A stretch of DNA of 64,000 nucleotides from Spirochaetia bacterium. Its GTDB lineage: Bacteria; Spirochaetota; Spirochaetia; CADAEX01. The notes under the pieces are model-generated. The model had not been told where the DNA came from. It searched no databases and saw only the letters and a program-made list of their open reading frames with translations. The position numbers were made by a program, and so were the translations under genes. Location of the stretch: positions 77,190 to 141,189 of the forward strand of contig JAKSTW010000001.1 in the NCBI GenBank assembly GCA_024402405.1. Direction: 5' to 3'. Below, piece by piece: positions 18,863-28,523 of the stretch. Each line of letters begins with the position of its first letter. Position 1 is the first letter of the stretch.

Positions 18863-20148
18863 TCCTTTCTCAATGCTTCTGCCGGCGGCATCAGTGATGC
18901 CTTTTTGGCAGGTCCATAAGCTGCGGCCACCACAGCCACAATCATAAACAGCAGATTAAGGAATACAGTCCTGACACTTATAAAGTGCTGCAGATGTCCA
19001 TTCTCAGTGAACATTCCTGCCACAGATATTCCCTTTAAATCAAACAACCCGATCCCCCAGAAAGTTACAAGTCCCAGGAAGAACCCAGCCGCAGAGGCAA
19101 CCACGGCCAGCGCCGCCGCCTCATACAGAAAAATGCGCTTCACATCTCCAGCCTGCATTCCTATGGCCCTCATGGTTCCAATCTCTCTGGTCCGCTCATA
19201 GATCAGCACTCGGTATGTATTCAATATACCCATCATTACGATAAGAAGGAATACCACCAGAACAAAATATGTGCAGACAAGGAAAGCATCCAGAAGATTC
19301 TTCAGCTGCTCCAGCTGTGCCTCCACAGACATCACACCGACCTTCTCATTATCATTATTCCGGTTCGAGCTTCTGAAATCACTGAAATCTTTCCTTGAAA
19401 GTATCGGAGGGAAAACGTCATGATCCTCCGCAAATTTCATACGCAGTTTTTCTGTAAGCTTCGGTATGTCTGATCCCTCTTTAGTATATACGGCAATCTC
19501 GGTAGCCCAGTCTTCCGGCATATTCATCAAAGCATTCAAATCTGTGCGGTTCATATAAGCCGCATATCCGAATATACTGGTCTCATCAAAAATACCTTTG
19601 ACGACCATATAGGCCATATTATACTGACCGCTGATAGTCTTCAGATACAGGATCACATCATCACCAAGCCGGGCACCCAGCAGCCGGGCAGTCTCAGTGC
19701 TTATTATGATTCCGTTGCGTCCGTCCTCCCCTTTCATGCTGTCAATTCCACCGGCTACAAATGGGAGCTTCTCCAGTTCATTTCCCTCACTGTCAAAATC
19801 AGCACCTATCACTCTGAGCAGACGAAGGTAACTGCCGCCGAAGAAAATACGCACTTCCTTTCCATAATAAATGGTTCTAGGTGAAACTGTGCGGAAATGA
19901 ATCCCGGACTCATGGACTGTATCAAGAAAATCCTGGGTATTCTTAATTGAAAATCCTGTATTCTCAAATCCCTGGACTATTATATGACCTGAAAAATACC
20001 TGGCGGCCTTGGTCTTGATGGTCTCCAGCGCACCATAGGAAAGTCCTGTAAGCACTGTGATAAGCGCAAAACCTATGGCAATAGCCACCCCCATCAGTGC
20101 ATAACGTTTTCTCTGGAGGAAAAGATTCCTTAAAGCAAATCTGAACAC
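18859..20148 (-). CDS. ABC transporter permease, FtsX/MacB/LolCE family
   Basis: 429 aa; N-terminal TM, large periplasmic domain, C-terminal FtsX 3-TM bundle; MFRFALRNLFLQRKRYALMGVAIAIG is the classic family start. Confidence 0.75.
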   Translation of the reverse strand: MFRFALRNLFLQRKRYALMGVAIAIGFALITVLTGLSYGALETIKTKAARYFSGHIIVQGFENTGFSIKNTQDFLDTVHESGIHFRTVSPRTIYYGKEVRIFFGGSYLRLLRVIGADFDSEGNELEKLPFVAGGIDSMKGEDGRNGIIISTETARLLGARLGDDVILYLKTISGQYNMAYMVVKGIFDETSIFGYAAYMNRTDLNALMNMPEDWATEIAVYTKEGSDIPKLTEKLRMKFAEDHDVFPPILSRKDFSDFRSSNRNNDNEKVGVMSVEAQLEQLKNLLDAFLVCTYFVLVVFLLIVMMGILNTYRVLIYERTREIGTMRAIGMQAGDVKRIFLYEAAALAVVASAAGFFLGLVTFWGIGLFDLKGISVAGMFTENGHLQHFISVRTVFLNLLFMIVAVVAAAYGPAKKASLMPPAEALRKD

Positions 20149-21603
20149 TCACAGCCTCCCCATTATAGCCACAGGCTGAATCTTCACAGCTACGGAAACA
20201 GGATAGATCCAGGATAAAGCACCGATTATGGCAGCTCCTCCAAGATGCAGCAGGATATTTTTCAAAGTAACTGCAGGAACCAGCATATCTCCACCGAACA
20301 TAGTGATCAGCAGAGTGTTGTGCAGCTCAATACCACCTGAAAAAGCCATGGAAATAATTATTCCCAGAATGATACCGACTACAGCTGCAACCATCGTCAG
20401 GAGCATAGACTCCGCAATGAAAAGGGCACTGATAAATGGCTTGCCGGCACCGATACCTCTCATGGTACCTATCTCATAACTTCTTTCCAGAACAGAGATC
20501 ATGAGGGCATTCATAATAACAAGAACAGCCCCTATAATGATAAATACGATACCCACATTAAATGCTGCCTGAAGGGCAAACACCATCTGAGCGCTGAGCC
20601 CTGCACCCTGCCTCCAGCTCCGCACATTGACAGACAGCTTATTTTCCGCATCAAGATTCCGCAGTTCCTTCATCAGCTGCCCGCGCTCTCCGTCAGCAGC
20701 CCTGAAAAGCACATAGCTCCAGGCATTGGAAGCTTCTGCCGACATGGCATCCCGTTCTGCAGTATCAGCCAGCAGAGCTTCTATGAAATCAAGGGAAAGT
20801 GCATTGCTGTCTTCCTCAACCACATCGGATGCATCATCAAAAAGATCATCCATATCAAAATCATCAGAAACTGCTCCGCTGTCTCCGGTATCTCCGCTGT
20901 CAATAATATTTCCGGCAGTATAATCAATCAGTCCTCTGACAATAGAAGGATCGGCCAGTACTATGGCATCAAACGGAGCAACCCGATTCACATATCTGTG
21001 ACATCCGGCAAAAACGCCTTTGCGGATCTTAAAACTGCCATTGGAATAAAGGCTGAGTTTCAGATCCTCACCTATGGCGATCTTTCTATTAAGTTTCCTC
21101 TCAATTTTCCGCAGCAACGGCTGGCACAGGAATATTCCGCCATTGGAAATATCTGAAGGATCTCCCTTCACTATCTCAATGGCAGAACACACATTGAAAT
21201 AACTTTCCGGAACTATTCCGAATACAGCCGCAGCCGAGCGGAAATCACCGATTTCCACAGCTGCAGCCGCAGATACTACAGGACTGTAAGATTCCGCATA
21301 CTGCAGACTGCCAAGCATCGGCTCTATTTCCGAATATCCCATAATAGACGGAATGACTTCATAATCATCCACCACCGGTATTTCATTGCCGAACAGACTG
21401 AAAGAAGATTCAGTGGCAGCTCCCATCACAACATCACCGGTAAGGCTGCTGACAAATGAATCTTCCACCCCTTTATTAGCACTGGCAAAAATTGCATTGG
21501 CAAAAAACAGGAATGCCATGCCCACTGCAATCAGAGTCCCCAGAAGCAGAGTTTTTCGAGTATTTCTTCTTAAATTACGTAAAGCAAGCTTTAAAATAAG
21601 CAT
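20149..21603 (-). CDS. ABC transporter permease, FtsX/MacB/LolCE family (second)
   Basis: 484 aa; MLILKLALRNLRRNTRKTLLLGTLIAVGMAF start, Asp/Ser-rich periplasmic insert, C-terminal FtsX domain. Confidence 0.75.
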   Translation of the reverse strand: MLILKLALRNLRRNTRKTLLLGTLIAVGMAFLFFANAIFASANKGVEDSFVSSLTGDVVMGAATESSFSLFGNEIPVVDDYEVIPSIMGYSEIEPMLGSLQYAESYSPVVSAAAAVEIGDFRSAAAVFGIVPESYFNVCSAIEIVKGDPSDISNGGIFLCQPLLRKIERKLNRKIAIGEDLKLSLYSNGSFKIRKGVFAGCHRYVNRVAPFDAIVLADPSIVRGLIDYTAGNIIDSGDTGDSGAVSDDFDMDDLFDDASDVVEEDSNALSLDFIEALLADTAERDAMSAEASNAWSYVLFRAADGERGQLMKELRNLDAENKLSVNVRSWRQGAGLSAQMVFALQAAFNVGIVFIIIGAVLVIMNALMISVLERSYEIGTMRGIGAGKPFISALFIAESMLLTMVAAVVGIILGIIISMAFSGGIELHNTLLITMFGGDMLVPAVTLKNILLHLGGAAIIGALSWIYPVSVAVKIQPVAIMGRL

Positions 21604-22460
21604 TTATACTGTCTGCAAAATTCCTCATAATCCTCATAAGGGGATGTATAAGTATAAATCTGATAATACGGACGGTTAGTCCAGTATCCATACAAATCAC
21701 ATTTCTCAGGAAAACTCTTATCCGGAAATGCCTCTTTTTTCAGAGTAAGAACAGGACATCTTTTCTCACCTACAAAAAACTCCTCAGGGATAGTTCTGCA
21801 GAGCAGATCTGAGACTTTGTTTATCCTTTCTCTGAACTGATCCAGGTCAAAGTTCTTGAGCACCTTATGGAAATGCTCATAGATATATGTAGGTGTGGTG
21901 TATGGAGTCTGGTTCTTATCTCCCCAATCCTTGAAAATGCGCAGGTTGAGATATGAGATCTTATCACTGTCCACGCAATATTTCCACTGGTCTTTCTTGA
22001 CACATACCACAGCCAGTCCTGTATAAGACCCCAGCTGCTTATTCAGGCAAGTGCAGAAGATCCTTGTATTCTTAGGTGTGGAATAATATGGAAACGCACT
22101 TACAGCATCAAGAACACATCCTTCTTTATAAAAAGGAGCGGAGACACTGCTCTCAAGACGGCAGCACAGATCCACATCAGGGCAGCCTGCCGGTTTAGGA
22201 TAATTCTCCAGCATACTGGTCCACCGTTTTTTGAAAGATCCGTCATTGCCGATGACAGTTATATTATAGTTCATGGAGAACATAACAGCCTCCACACCAA
22301 CTGTGGCACTGCCAGGAATGAAAATCACATCATAATCATCAAGATCGAATTTTTTGATGAAAAGCTCTTTTACCTCGCCAAAAAGCTTATAGAAAGCCTG
22401 ATCTCTGTGAGATCCATTGATAACTACATTATCAGTAAAATATGTGTTTGGCCCGAACAT
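21591..22460 (-). CDS. Hypothetical protein; N-terminal half resembles the class-V (AGXT/PhnW-like) aminotransferase fold but is short and lacks an obvious PLP-lysine motif
   Basis: 289 aa; DDYDVIFIPGSATVGVEAVMFSM...VIGNDGSFKKRW resembles ...GSGTFAVEAVI...NGAFGERW of AEP/serine-pyruvate transaminases; similarity judged by eye only. Confidence 0.25.
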   Translation of the reverse strand: MFGPNTYFTDNVVINGSHRDQAFYKLFGEVKELFIKKFDLDDYDVIFIPGSATVGVEAVMFSMNYNITVIGNDGSFKKRWTSMLENYPKPAGCPDVDLCCRLESSVSAPFYKEGCVLDAVSAFPYYSTPKNTRIFCTCLNKQLGSYTGLAVVCVKKDQWKYCVDSDKISYLNLRIFKDWGDKNQTPYTTPTYIYEHFHKVLKNFDLDQFRERINKVSDLLCRTIPEEFFVGEKRCPVLTLKKEAFPDKSFPEKCDLYGYWTNRPYYQIYTYTSPYEDYEEFCRQYKCLF

Positions 22461-22469
22461 AACATCCTC

Positions 22470-23699
22470 TTATCTCTGGTTGACTTCCTGCTGAACCTTC
22501 ACCAGAAAATCCACAATGCTCTTTCCGGCACAGCCTCTGTTCTGCCATGCCTGCTCCTTGGCATCTATCCGGTTCTGTTCAGACTGACGGCTGTCAGTAA
22601 CTTTTTTTATTATATCACCAATACAGGCGAAATCTTCTTCTCTCAGTTCATATCCTATCTTCGGCAGAATCTGGAACTGCCATAACTGGTGCGGCACTTT
22701 TCCGGCATCATAAGGTCGCGGATCAAATTCTCCCACAGCAGATAAAAACGGTTTTCCACGCAGGAACGCATAATCAAGCGTAATACTGGAAAAATCAGAA
22801 ATCATTATATCAGCTTTTGCAAGAGAAACAATATTATCAGGCTCAAAATCCCAGCTGAAATCAGGATTATCCCTATACCGATCCTGCAGCCGCTCCAACA
22901 TCTCCCGTTCCACCTGCTTTGACTGAGGATGAGGCCGGACGATCACTTTGTATCCGGTAAGAGCCAGCGCATCCAGCAGTTTCTCGCCGTACATGGAGAG
23001 AAGCCCGCTTTTACCCCAGGATGGTGAGACCAGAACTGTGAACGGATGCTCAGCAGGAATATGATCCCTGATCTTCTCAGCCAGCACATCCAGATATGGG
23101 GAACCCACTGTCACCAATCTTTTCGCCGGCAGTCCACGCAGCTTCTCAAGATAGCGGATATCCTCTTTCTGATAATCTCCTGAGAGAAGTACAGAATCAA
23201 AATAATCCAGACCATACCGCTTATACAGCGTGGCATCATTCACCATATGAAGCACATGACAGTAATGGCTTACACCTTTGGAACGCTTCAGCTGAAAGAC
23301 ATCCAGCCCAGGAGTAGTCATCAGGCATACATCAGCCTCCAGAAGATTCAGTCTGGCAAAAGCCCTGTTTCCAGCACCTATGAACTCAGGTCTCACATGC
23401 TCCCATTTCCGGTCAAACACCAGATCATCCTCAGCTGAGGTATAATAAACCACATCAATATGTCTGTTTTCAAACTCTTCCAGTACCGGACGGAATGTAT
23501 TCCAATACTGTTTTCCCTCGCTGTAGATCACAAATGGAAGTTTTGTTGTCTTTACAACATATTTCTTTCCGGCAAAGAAAATCTTTATTTTTATCCAGAC
23601 TGCCCGGAGTCCGAAGAACGCCAGCGCAAACAGGCTGATGATCACAGAGAACAGCATGCTTCCAGTACCTGGATCTATATAGAGGAACGGCACTGTCAT
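22470..23699 (-). CDS. TagF/TagB-family CDP-alcohol:polyol-phosphate transferase, copy 2 (paralogue of 7904..9139)
   Basis: 409 aa; same N-terminus (MTVPFLYIDPGTGS vs MMHFSLLYLDPGTGS), RPHPQ motif, DYAFL motif; ATGA overlap with upstream YidC-AP fusion copy 2. Confidence 0.65.
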   Translation of the reverse strand: MTVPFLYIDPGTGSMLFSVIISLFALAFFGLRAVWIKIKIFFAGKKYVVKTTKLPFVIYSEGKQYWNTFRPVLEEFENRHIDVVYYTSAEDDLVFDRKWEHVRPEFIGAGNRAFARLNLLEADVCLMTTPGLDVFQLKRSKGVSHYCHVLHMVNDATLYKRYGLDYFDSVLLSGDYQKEDIRYLEKLRGLPAKRLVTVGSPYLDVLAEKIRDHIPAEHPFTVLVSPSWGKSGLLSMYGEKLLDALALTGYKVIVRPHPQSKQVEREMLERLQDRYRDNPDFSWDFEPDNIVSLAKADIMISDFSSITLDYAFLRGKPFLSAVGEFDPRPYDAGKVPHQLWQFQILPKIGYELREEDFACIGDIIKKVTDSRQSEQNRIDAKEQAWQNRGCAGKSIVDFLVKVQQEVNQR

Positions 23700-26269
23700 T
23701 TCAGCACCTCCCAGTTCTCAGCTTTGAAAATACTGTTTTTGATCTTGTACTTCGGCTCATATTTGAAAGCATTCTTATAATGCTCATTGGCTTCCACAGG
23801 TCCTTCAATCAGCAGGATACCCTGCTCTTTCGTATTGCGGCTGAAAAGTGTACCGGTGAAAGGATTGGCCGGTTCAGCACATATCCCGTCAGTCGCCAGA
23901 CCAGGAATATCAGCAATGCACATGAAAGAATCGTCAGTCCTGACATCACCGACAGCATTGAAATCCTTATACAGCAGAAGTGCATTATACCCCATCAGCT
24001 CCTTAACATCAAAATCTGTGACGATCCTGCTATTATCTATTTTCCGGCCATGGTCAGATGCAATTATTATTCTGGTGTTATCATAAACACCATGATCTTT
24101 CATCCACTGGAACCAGACTCCAAGCATACGGATACTGGCAGCATTTATATGGAAATGCCGGAATGTCACATCCGAACCGAATATATTCTCTCCCCTATCC
24201 CCTGCTTCCGGACGCAGCTCATATTCAGGAACATGCATCCATGCCGGCTCATGGGTAGTATCATTCTCTATGGCAAAATACTGGTCACCATCGCCCTCCA
24301 GATCAGACAGTTCCGGCAAATAATCCAGGGCAGAATACCATTTGATGAGGGTAGAATATTCATCTTTTTTCTTATCAGCATCAGAACTCCACCATGTTCC
24401 GTGATAATAAAGTATGCCTCTCAGCGATACAGGGCAGACCCTGAAAAAGTCAAAGAACAGAAAATTCCTTCTGAGTGAGTCAGACAATTTCCACCCGGTG
24501 ACCTCCATGTCATGCTCTTTTCTCCACAACGCAGCATAACGGCTGCTGAGATTCACAGCATACATATCTTTGCTGAAAATGGAATTATCAGGTATCCAGC
24601 TGTAGTTTGCCAGAGGAGCATCAGTTATGGTGATGTCATATCCATTATTCTTGAAAAACCGTGGAAGCACATTAAGCGCCTCATTATGTTTATCGATCAG
24701 AGACTGCTCCTGCCTCTGATTCATATATTCCGGAAGATAATCATATCCTCCGAACAATGAAGGCGCCGCCAGAATAGTGTGGGTACCAGCAGAAACCGTA
24801 TCAGGATAATAGACAAATCCGGAGAACTGCTCCCTGCAGTCAGGTATGGCTTCCAGAATATCAGGGAAAAAAGAATTTATTCCGCGGTCCAGCATTATTA
24901 CCATAATATTTTTGCCCGTCCGGCTGAAGTGATAGACTGGGGAAATCTTCTCCGTACCATTGTTTCCTTCAGACATCATGATCTTATCTATTCGTCTGAA
25001 CTCACTATTGATCTTAAATATATTGAGACATGAAAAAGCAGCCAGTGATATCACAAGCAGAGCACATATATTCTTGACCCATACAAACTTTTTTTTCTGA
25101 AATAAAATAAGAACAGCAGAAAAAACTATTGCCAGCACCAGCAGATCCATCGGGAATTTTGCCAGCTCATTGGCGATCTTCAGTCCGTTTTCAAAATAGA
25201 GCCCGTTATCCACCAGGACAGTGCCATAATCACCCGGGAAAATATAAGTGTTCACCAGCGCACATGCGGCAGCAGAGAACATCAGAAAAGTGAATACTGT
25301 CTGAGTCTTGCGTGAAAACAGGAAATAAAGCCCTATACACCATGCTGTGATACCCAGTGACTGGAAAAACGGAAATTTCAGCAGAGACAGAGGATTTCTG
25401 AATGGATCAATATATGAAAATTCGGAAACCGAAGAACATATAAGCGAAGAAGGAATCACCGCACCCACAAGGAAAAGCAATATCAGACAGGAGAAAAAGA
25501 AAATCAGGAACCTTGCCCTATTCTCCTGATACAGAGGCCGAAGCGGTTTCTTACATACTGACAGGAACTTATCCAAAGTTTTTCTGCAGCATTCAGGCTC
25601 CCGGAATCTGATCTTATAACATATATTCTTGCACAGTGAGAAAACATTGTTCAATGTCCAGTAAAAAACCAGACCGGCAGGTGAATCATACAGCAGCACC
25701 AGAAACAGTCCGGCCATACCATACAGCTGAATTTTTTCTTTCAGTGAAAATCCCTTCACATAGATGGCACTGGCAATAATATTAATAACTGTCATGGCCA
25801 CAGGCAGCACATTCACCTGGAAATTTCCTATGCTGAAGAGCGCATCAGGAGCCCCCAGATCTTCAAAACACCATAAGCTCTGTCCCTTGAGCATCTCCAG
25901 GTTGGAGAGATAGACATAAGCGGCAATAAAGAACGGCACCTGAATCATCAGGCTGATGGAACTTCGCAGTGCCATTACAGGATGATAATGGTTCTGCCGG
26001 TAAAAGGTGGAGAGTATCATATACCGCTCATCACCCTTGAACACAGCCTTTATCTCATCTATCTCCGGTCTGAATACTTTCTGGATATCCCGCTCCTTCT
26101 GCTGCCATCTCTCAGCTATGATATACAGAGGCAGAGAAAGAAAGCTGACAGCCAGACTGACCGCGGCAATAGACACACCGCAGTTGTCCGTAACCTCATA
26201 AGTCAGCTGGAACACCAGTTCAATGAGAAGCTCAATAGGATAGATGAAGATCAGGTACAGAATGTTCAT
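23696..26269 (-). CDS. YidC/Oxa1-like core + polytopic TM region + alkaline-phosphatase-superfamily ectodomain, copy 2 (paralogue of 9136..12000)
   Basis: 857 aa. N-terminus has CGVSIAAVSLAVSFLSLPLYIIAERWQQKE...LMIQVPFFIAAYVYL...GLVFYWTLNNVFSL (YidC-like; groove Arg replaced by Ser). C-terminus has VIMLDRGINSFF and IIIASDHGRKIDN motifs. The protein ends ...NWEVLK like copy 1. Confidence 0.6.
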   Translation of the reverse strand: MNILYLIFIYPIELLIELVFQLTYEVTDNCGVSIAAVSLAVSFLSLPLYIIAERWQQKERDIQKVFRPEIDEIKAVFKGDERYMILSTFYRQNHYHPVMALRSSISLMIQVPFFIAAYVYLSNLEMLKGQSLWCFEDLGAPDALFSIGNFQVNVLPVAMTVINIIASAIYVKGFSLKEKIQLYGMAGLFLVLLYDSPAGLVFYWTLNNVFSLCKNICYKIRFREPECCRKTLDKFLSVCKKPLRPLYQENRARFLIFFFSCLILLFLVGAVIPSSLICSSVSEFSYIDPFRNPLSLLKFPFFQSLGITAWCIGLYFLFSRKTQTVFTFLMFSAAACALVNTYIFPGDYGTVLVDNGLYFENGLKIANELAKFPMDLLVLAIVFSAVLILFQKKKFVWVKNICALLVISLAAFSCLNIFKINSEFRRIDKIMMSEGNNGTEKISPVYHFSRTGKNIMVIMLDRGINSFFPDILEAIPDCREQFSGFVYYPDTVSAGTHTILAAPSLFGGYDYLPEYMNQRQEQSLIDKHNEALNVLPRFFKNNGYDITITDAPLANYSWIPDNSIFSKDMYAVNLSSRYAALWRKEHDMEVTGWKLSDSLRRNFLFFDFFRVCPVSLRGILYYHGTWWSSDADKKKDEYSTLIKWYSALDYLPELSDLEGDGDQYFAIENDTTHEPAWMHVPEYELRPEAGDRGENIFGSDVTFRHFHINAASIRMLGVWFQWMKDHGVYDNTRIIIASDHGRKIDNSRIVTDFDVKELMGYNALLLYKDFNAVGDVRTDDSFMCIADIPGLATDGICAEPANPFTGTLFSRNTKEQGILLIEGPVEANEHYKNAFKYEPKYKIKNSIFKAENWEVLK

Positions 26270-27015
26270 TTGAATTTCTTAAGGACTCCATGAAAAGCAT
26301 AATCTGCAAAATTCATACAGGACTCAGCCAGAGGCATATTCAGTTCCTTGCGGTAAATGTTCCATGTCCATGAAACAGCTGACAGTTTGCTGCCAGATAC
26401 GGACTTGCTGCTTTCCCTGTAATATGCCTCTACCGTACAGGTGTTCATGGCAATCAATCCCTTCCGCAGGATCTCCAGCCACATGAGATAATCTTCGTGA
26501 TGAATCTCTTTCTGATATACCTTTCCCACCTTGGCAGTATCATACATACCGGTAAGATTTCCAATGCAGTTTCCTTTCAGCAGCTGCCTGAAATTCACCT
26601 CGGCAGGAGATTTTACAATACTTTCATGAAGATTTCCATCCTCATTCATTTTTCTGTAATAAGAGAAAACGACACCGCACTGCTCGTTCTTAAACAGCGG
26701 CAGCTGATGTTCCAGCTTCTCAGGCATCCATATATCATCGCAGTCAAGGAAAGCAATATATCTTCCAGAACTTTTTTCGATCCCGATATTTCTCGGTGTT
26801 GCAGGCAATTTTGTACATTTCGGGTTATGATAAATCCTGATACGGCTATCTTTTCTTATGAAATCACAGACAATATCAATGGAATCATCTGTGGAGCTGT
26901 CATCAACTATTATAAGTTCCCAATTACCATAAGTCTGGTTTATAACAGAATTAACAGCATCACCTATTGTCTTTCCACCATTATGACAAGGCATAATTAT
27001 TGAAACATCAGGCAT
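26266..27015 (-). CDS. GT2-family glycosyltransferase
   Basis: 249 aa; VSIIMPCHNGGKTIGDAVNSVINQTY...LIIVDDSSTDDS (GT-A fold, DXD at FLDCDD). Confidence 0.7.
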   Translation of the reverse strand: MPDVSIIMPCHNGGKTIGDAVNSVINQTYGNWELIIVDDSSTDDSIDIVCDFIRKDSRIRIYHNPKCTKLPATPRNIGIEKSSGRYIAFLDCDDIWMPEKLEHQLPLFKNEQCGVVFSYYRKMNEDGNLHESIVKSPAEVNFRQLLKGNCIGNLTGMYDTAKVGKVYQKEIHHEDYLMWLEILRKGLIAMNTCTVEAYYRESSKSVSGSKLSAVSWTWNIYRKELNMPLAESCMNFADYAFHGVLKKFK

Positions 27016-27049
27016 TTTTCCTCCTGTCTTTTATTTTAATCTTTTATTT

Positions 27050-28516
27050 TTATTTAAAAAGATATTTCCTCAATTTTGAAAAAGCCTTTAATGATCTTTT
27101 CAGATCATCCGGATCAGTAAGCCCGACTCTGAGCCGGTGGAGAATGTAACGGAAACGAAGATAATATTTCTTTCTGGCAGTATTACAGAACTCCACCATT
27201 TCGTCAGCACTTAGCCCGGGAAGATTGAGCACTGTATTGTGAGTTCCATCTTCCTTGCAGTAGTGCTCATAGTCAAAAGTCATATATCCATTCTCACGGG
27301 CCCATTCGTATCCTTCAGTTCCAGGATATGGAATCAGCGGGAAAAACTGGGCAGTATCAGTATTCAGTCTCAGTGCCAGCCTCAGAGTCTCTTCCATGGT
27401 CTCTTTTGTCTCTCCCTTATTGCCAACCATATAGCAGGCATGGATAAGAAGACCGGCTTTTTTGGCATTTCTCACATATTCATATACCTGTTCCAGCCTG
27501 ATTCCTTTTTTGATATTATCCAGGATCTGCTGGCTGCCACTCTCGAAGCCTGGAATGATCAGACGGCAACCGGCTTTTTTCATCAGCTTCATAGTCTCAA
27601 GATCCAGTGTGTTGGCTCTGGCATTGCACAGCCATTTCAGACGTTTCTGCAAGCCTTTCTCAATAAGGAGCTGGGAAATTTTCTTTACCCGGGCTTTATC
27701 AATGGTGAAAGTGTCATCTTCAATGACCACTTCCTTTACATCAGGAAAATTGGCAGCAATATACTCAAACTCAGACACCACACTTTCAGGACTTCTGGCC
27801 CGGAACCGGTGACCATGCATGACCTGTGGATATACACAGAAAGTGCAGTGGCATGGGCATCCTCTTCCTGTGAAGATCTGTACAGACGGATATGTGGCCG
27901 CAGCGAAAAAATAATCACGCTCATTCAGATTTTTTTTGATGAACTCCGCCGCAAATGGTATATCATCCATATCCTCCACAGGTGGCATTTTAGGTGTGTG
28001 AACAAAGCTGCCGTTCCGGCGGAAACACAGGCCGCGCACACCATCAAGTGGCTTTCCGGCATCCATAGCATCAGCAAGTTCGCGCACTGTATAATCGAAC
28101 TCCCCTATTGCAGCAGCATCAATCTTATCGCTATAGCCCAAAGTTTCCTCTGGGCATGCCGTAGGATGAGTTCCAACCAGCAGTACAAAAGAATTCTTAT
28201 AAGCAGCCTTAAGTGATGCACCAAAAGCAACATCGCTCTTTATGGATGGTGTACTGGTGTCCAACACAAAAAGAAGCTTTTCGCCAGGTTTTGCCATTCC
28301 AGCGACAAGTTCAAGAGTCTGCTTTTCATTCAGCGGCTTTGCCGGAGCATCGATAAAATCGACCTTATGACCATACTTCTGGGAATACGCCGCAGCATAG
28401 ATAAGCCACAGCGGATAATAAAGAGCTCCGCTTTTGGTTATGGCCGGACTTCGGCTCTCCCGTGAAAATTTTCCATACTCTGCCTTGAACGGCGGATTTA
28501 TAAAAATAATATGCAT
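27050..28516 (-). CDS. B12-binding (class B) radical SAM enzyme
   Basis: 488 aa; N-terminal cobalamin-binding-like Rossmann region, then radical-SAM cluster motif GRGCPCHCTFC (CxxxCxxC) and a TIM-barrel-length C-terminal region. Confidence 0.65.
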   Translation of the reverse strand: MHIIFINPPFKAEYGKFSRESRSPAITKSGALYYPLWLIYAAAYSQKYGHKVDFIDAPAKPLNEKQTLELVAGMAKPGEKLLFVLDTSTPSIKSDVAFGASLKAAYKNSFVLLVGTHPTACPEETLGYSDKIDAAAIGEFDYTVRELADAMDAGKPLDGVRGLCFRRNGSFVHTPKMPPVEDMDDIPFAAEFIKKNLNERDYFFAAATYPSVQIFTGRGCPCHCTFCVYPQVMHGHRFRARSPESVVSEFEYIAANFPDVKEVVIEDDTFTIDKARVKKISQLLIEKGLQKRLKWLCNARANTLDLETMKLMKKAGCRLIIPGFESGSQQILDNIKKGIRLEQVYEYVRNAKKAGLLIHACYMVGNKGETKETMEETLRLALRLNTDTAQFFPLIPYPGTEGYEWARENGYMTFDYEHYCKEDGTHNTVLNLPGLSADEMVEFCNTARKKYYLRFRYILHRLRVGLTDPDDLKRSLKAFSKLRKYLFK

Positions 28517-28523
28517 ACAAACC

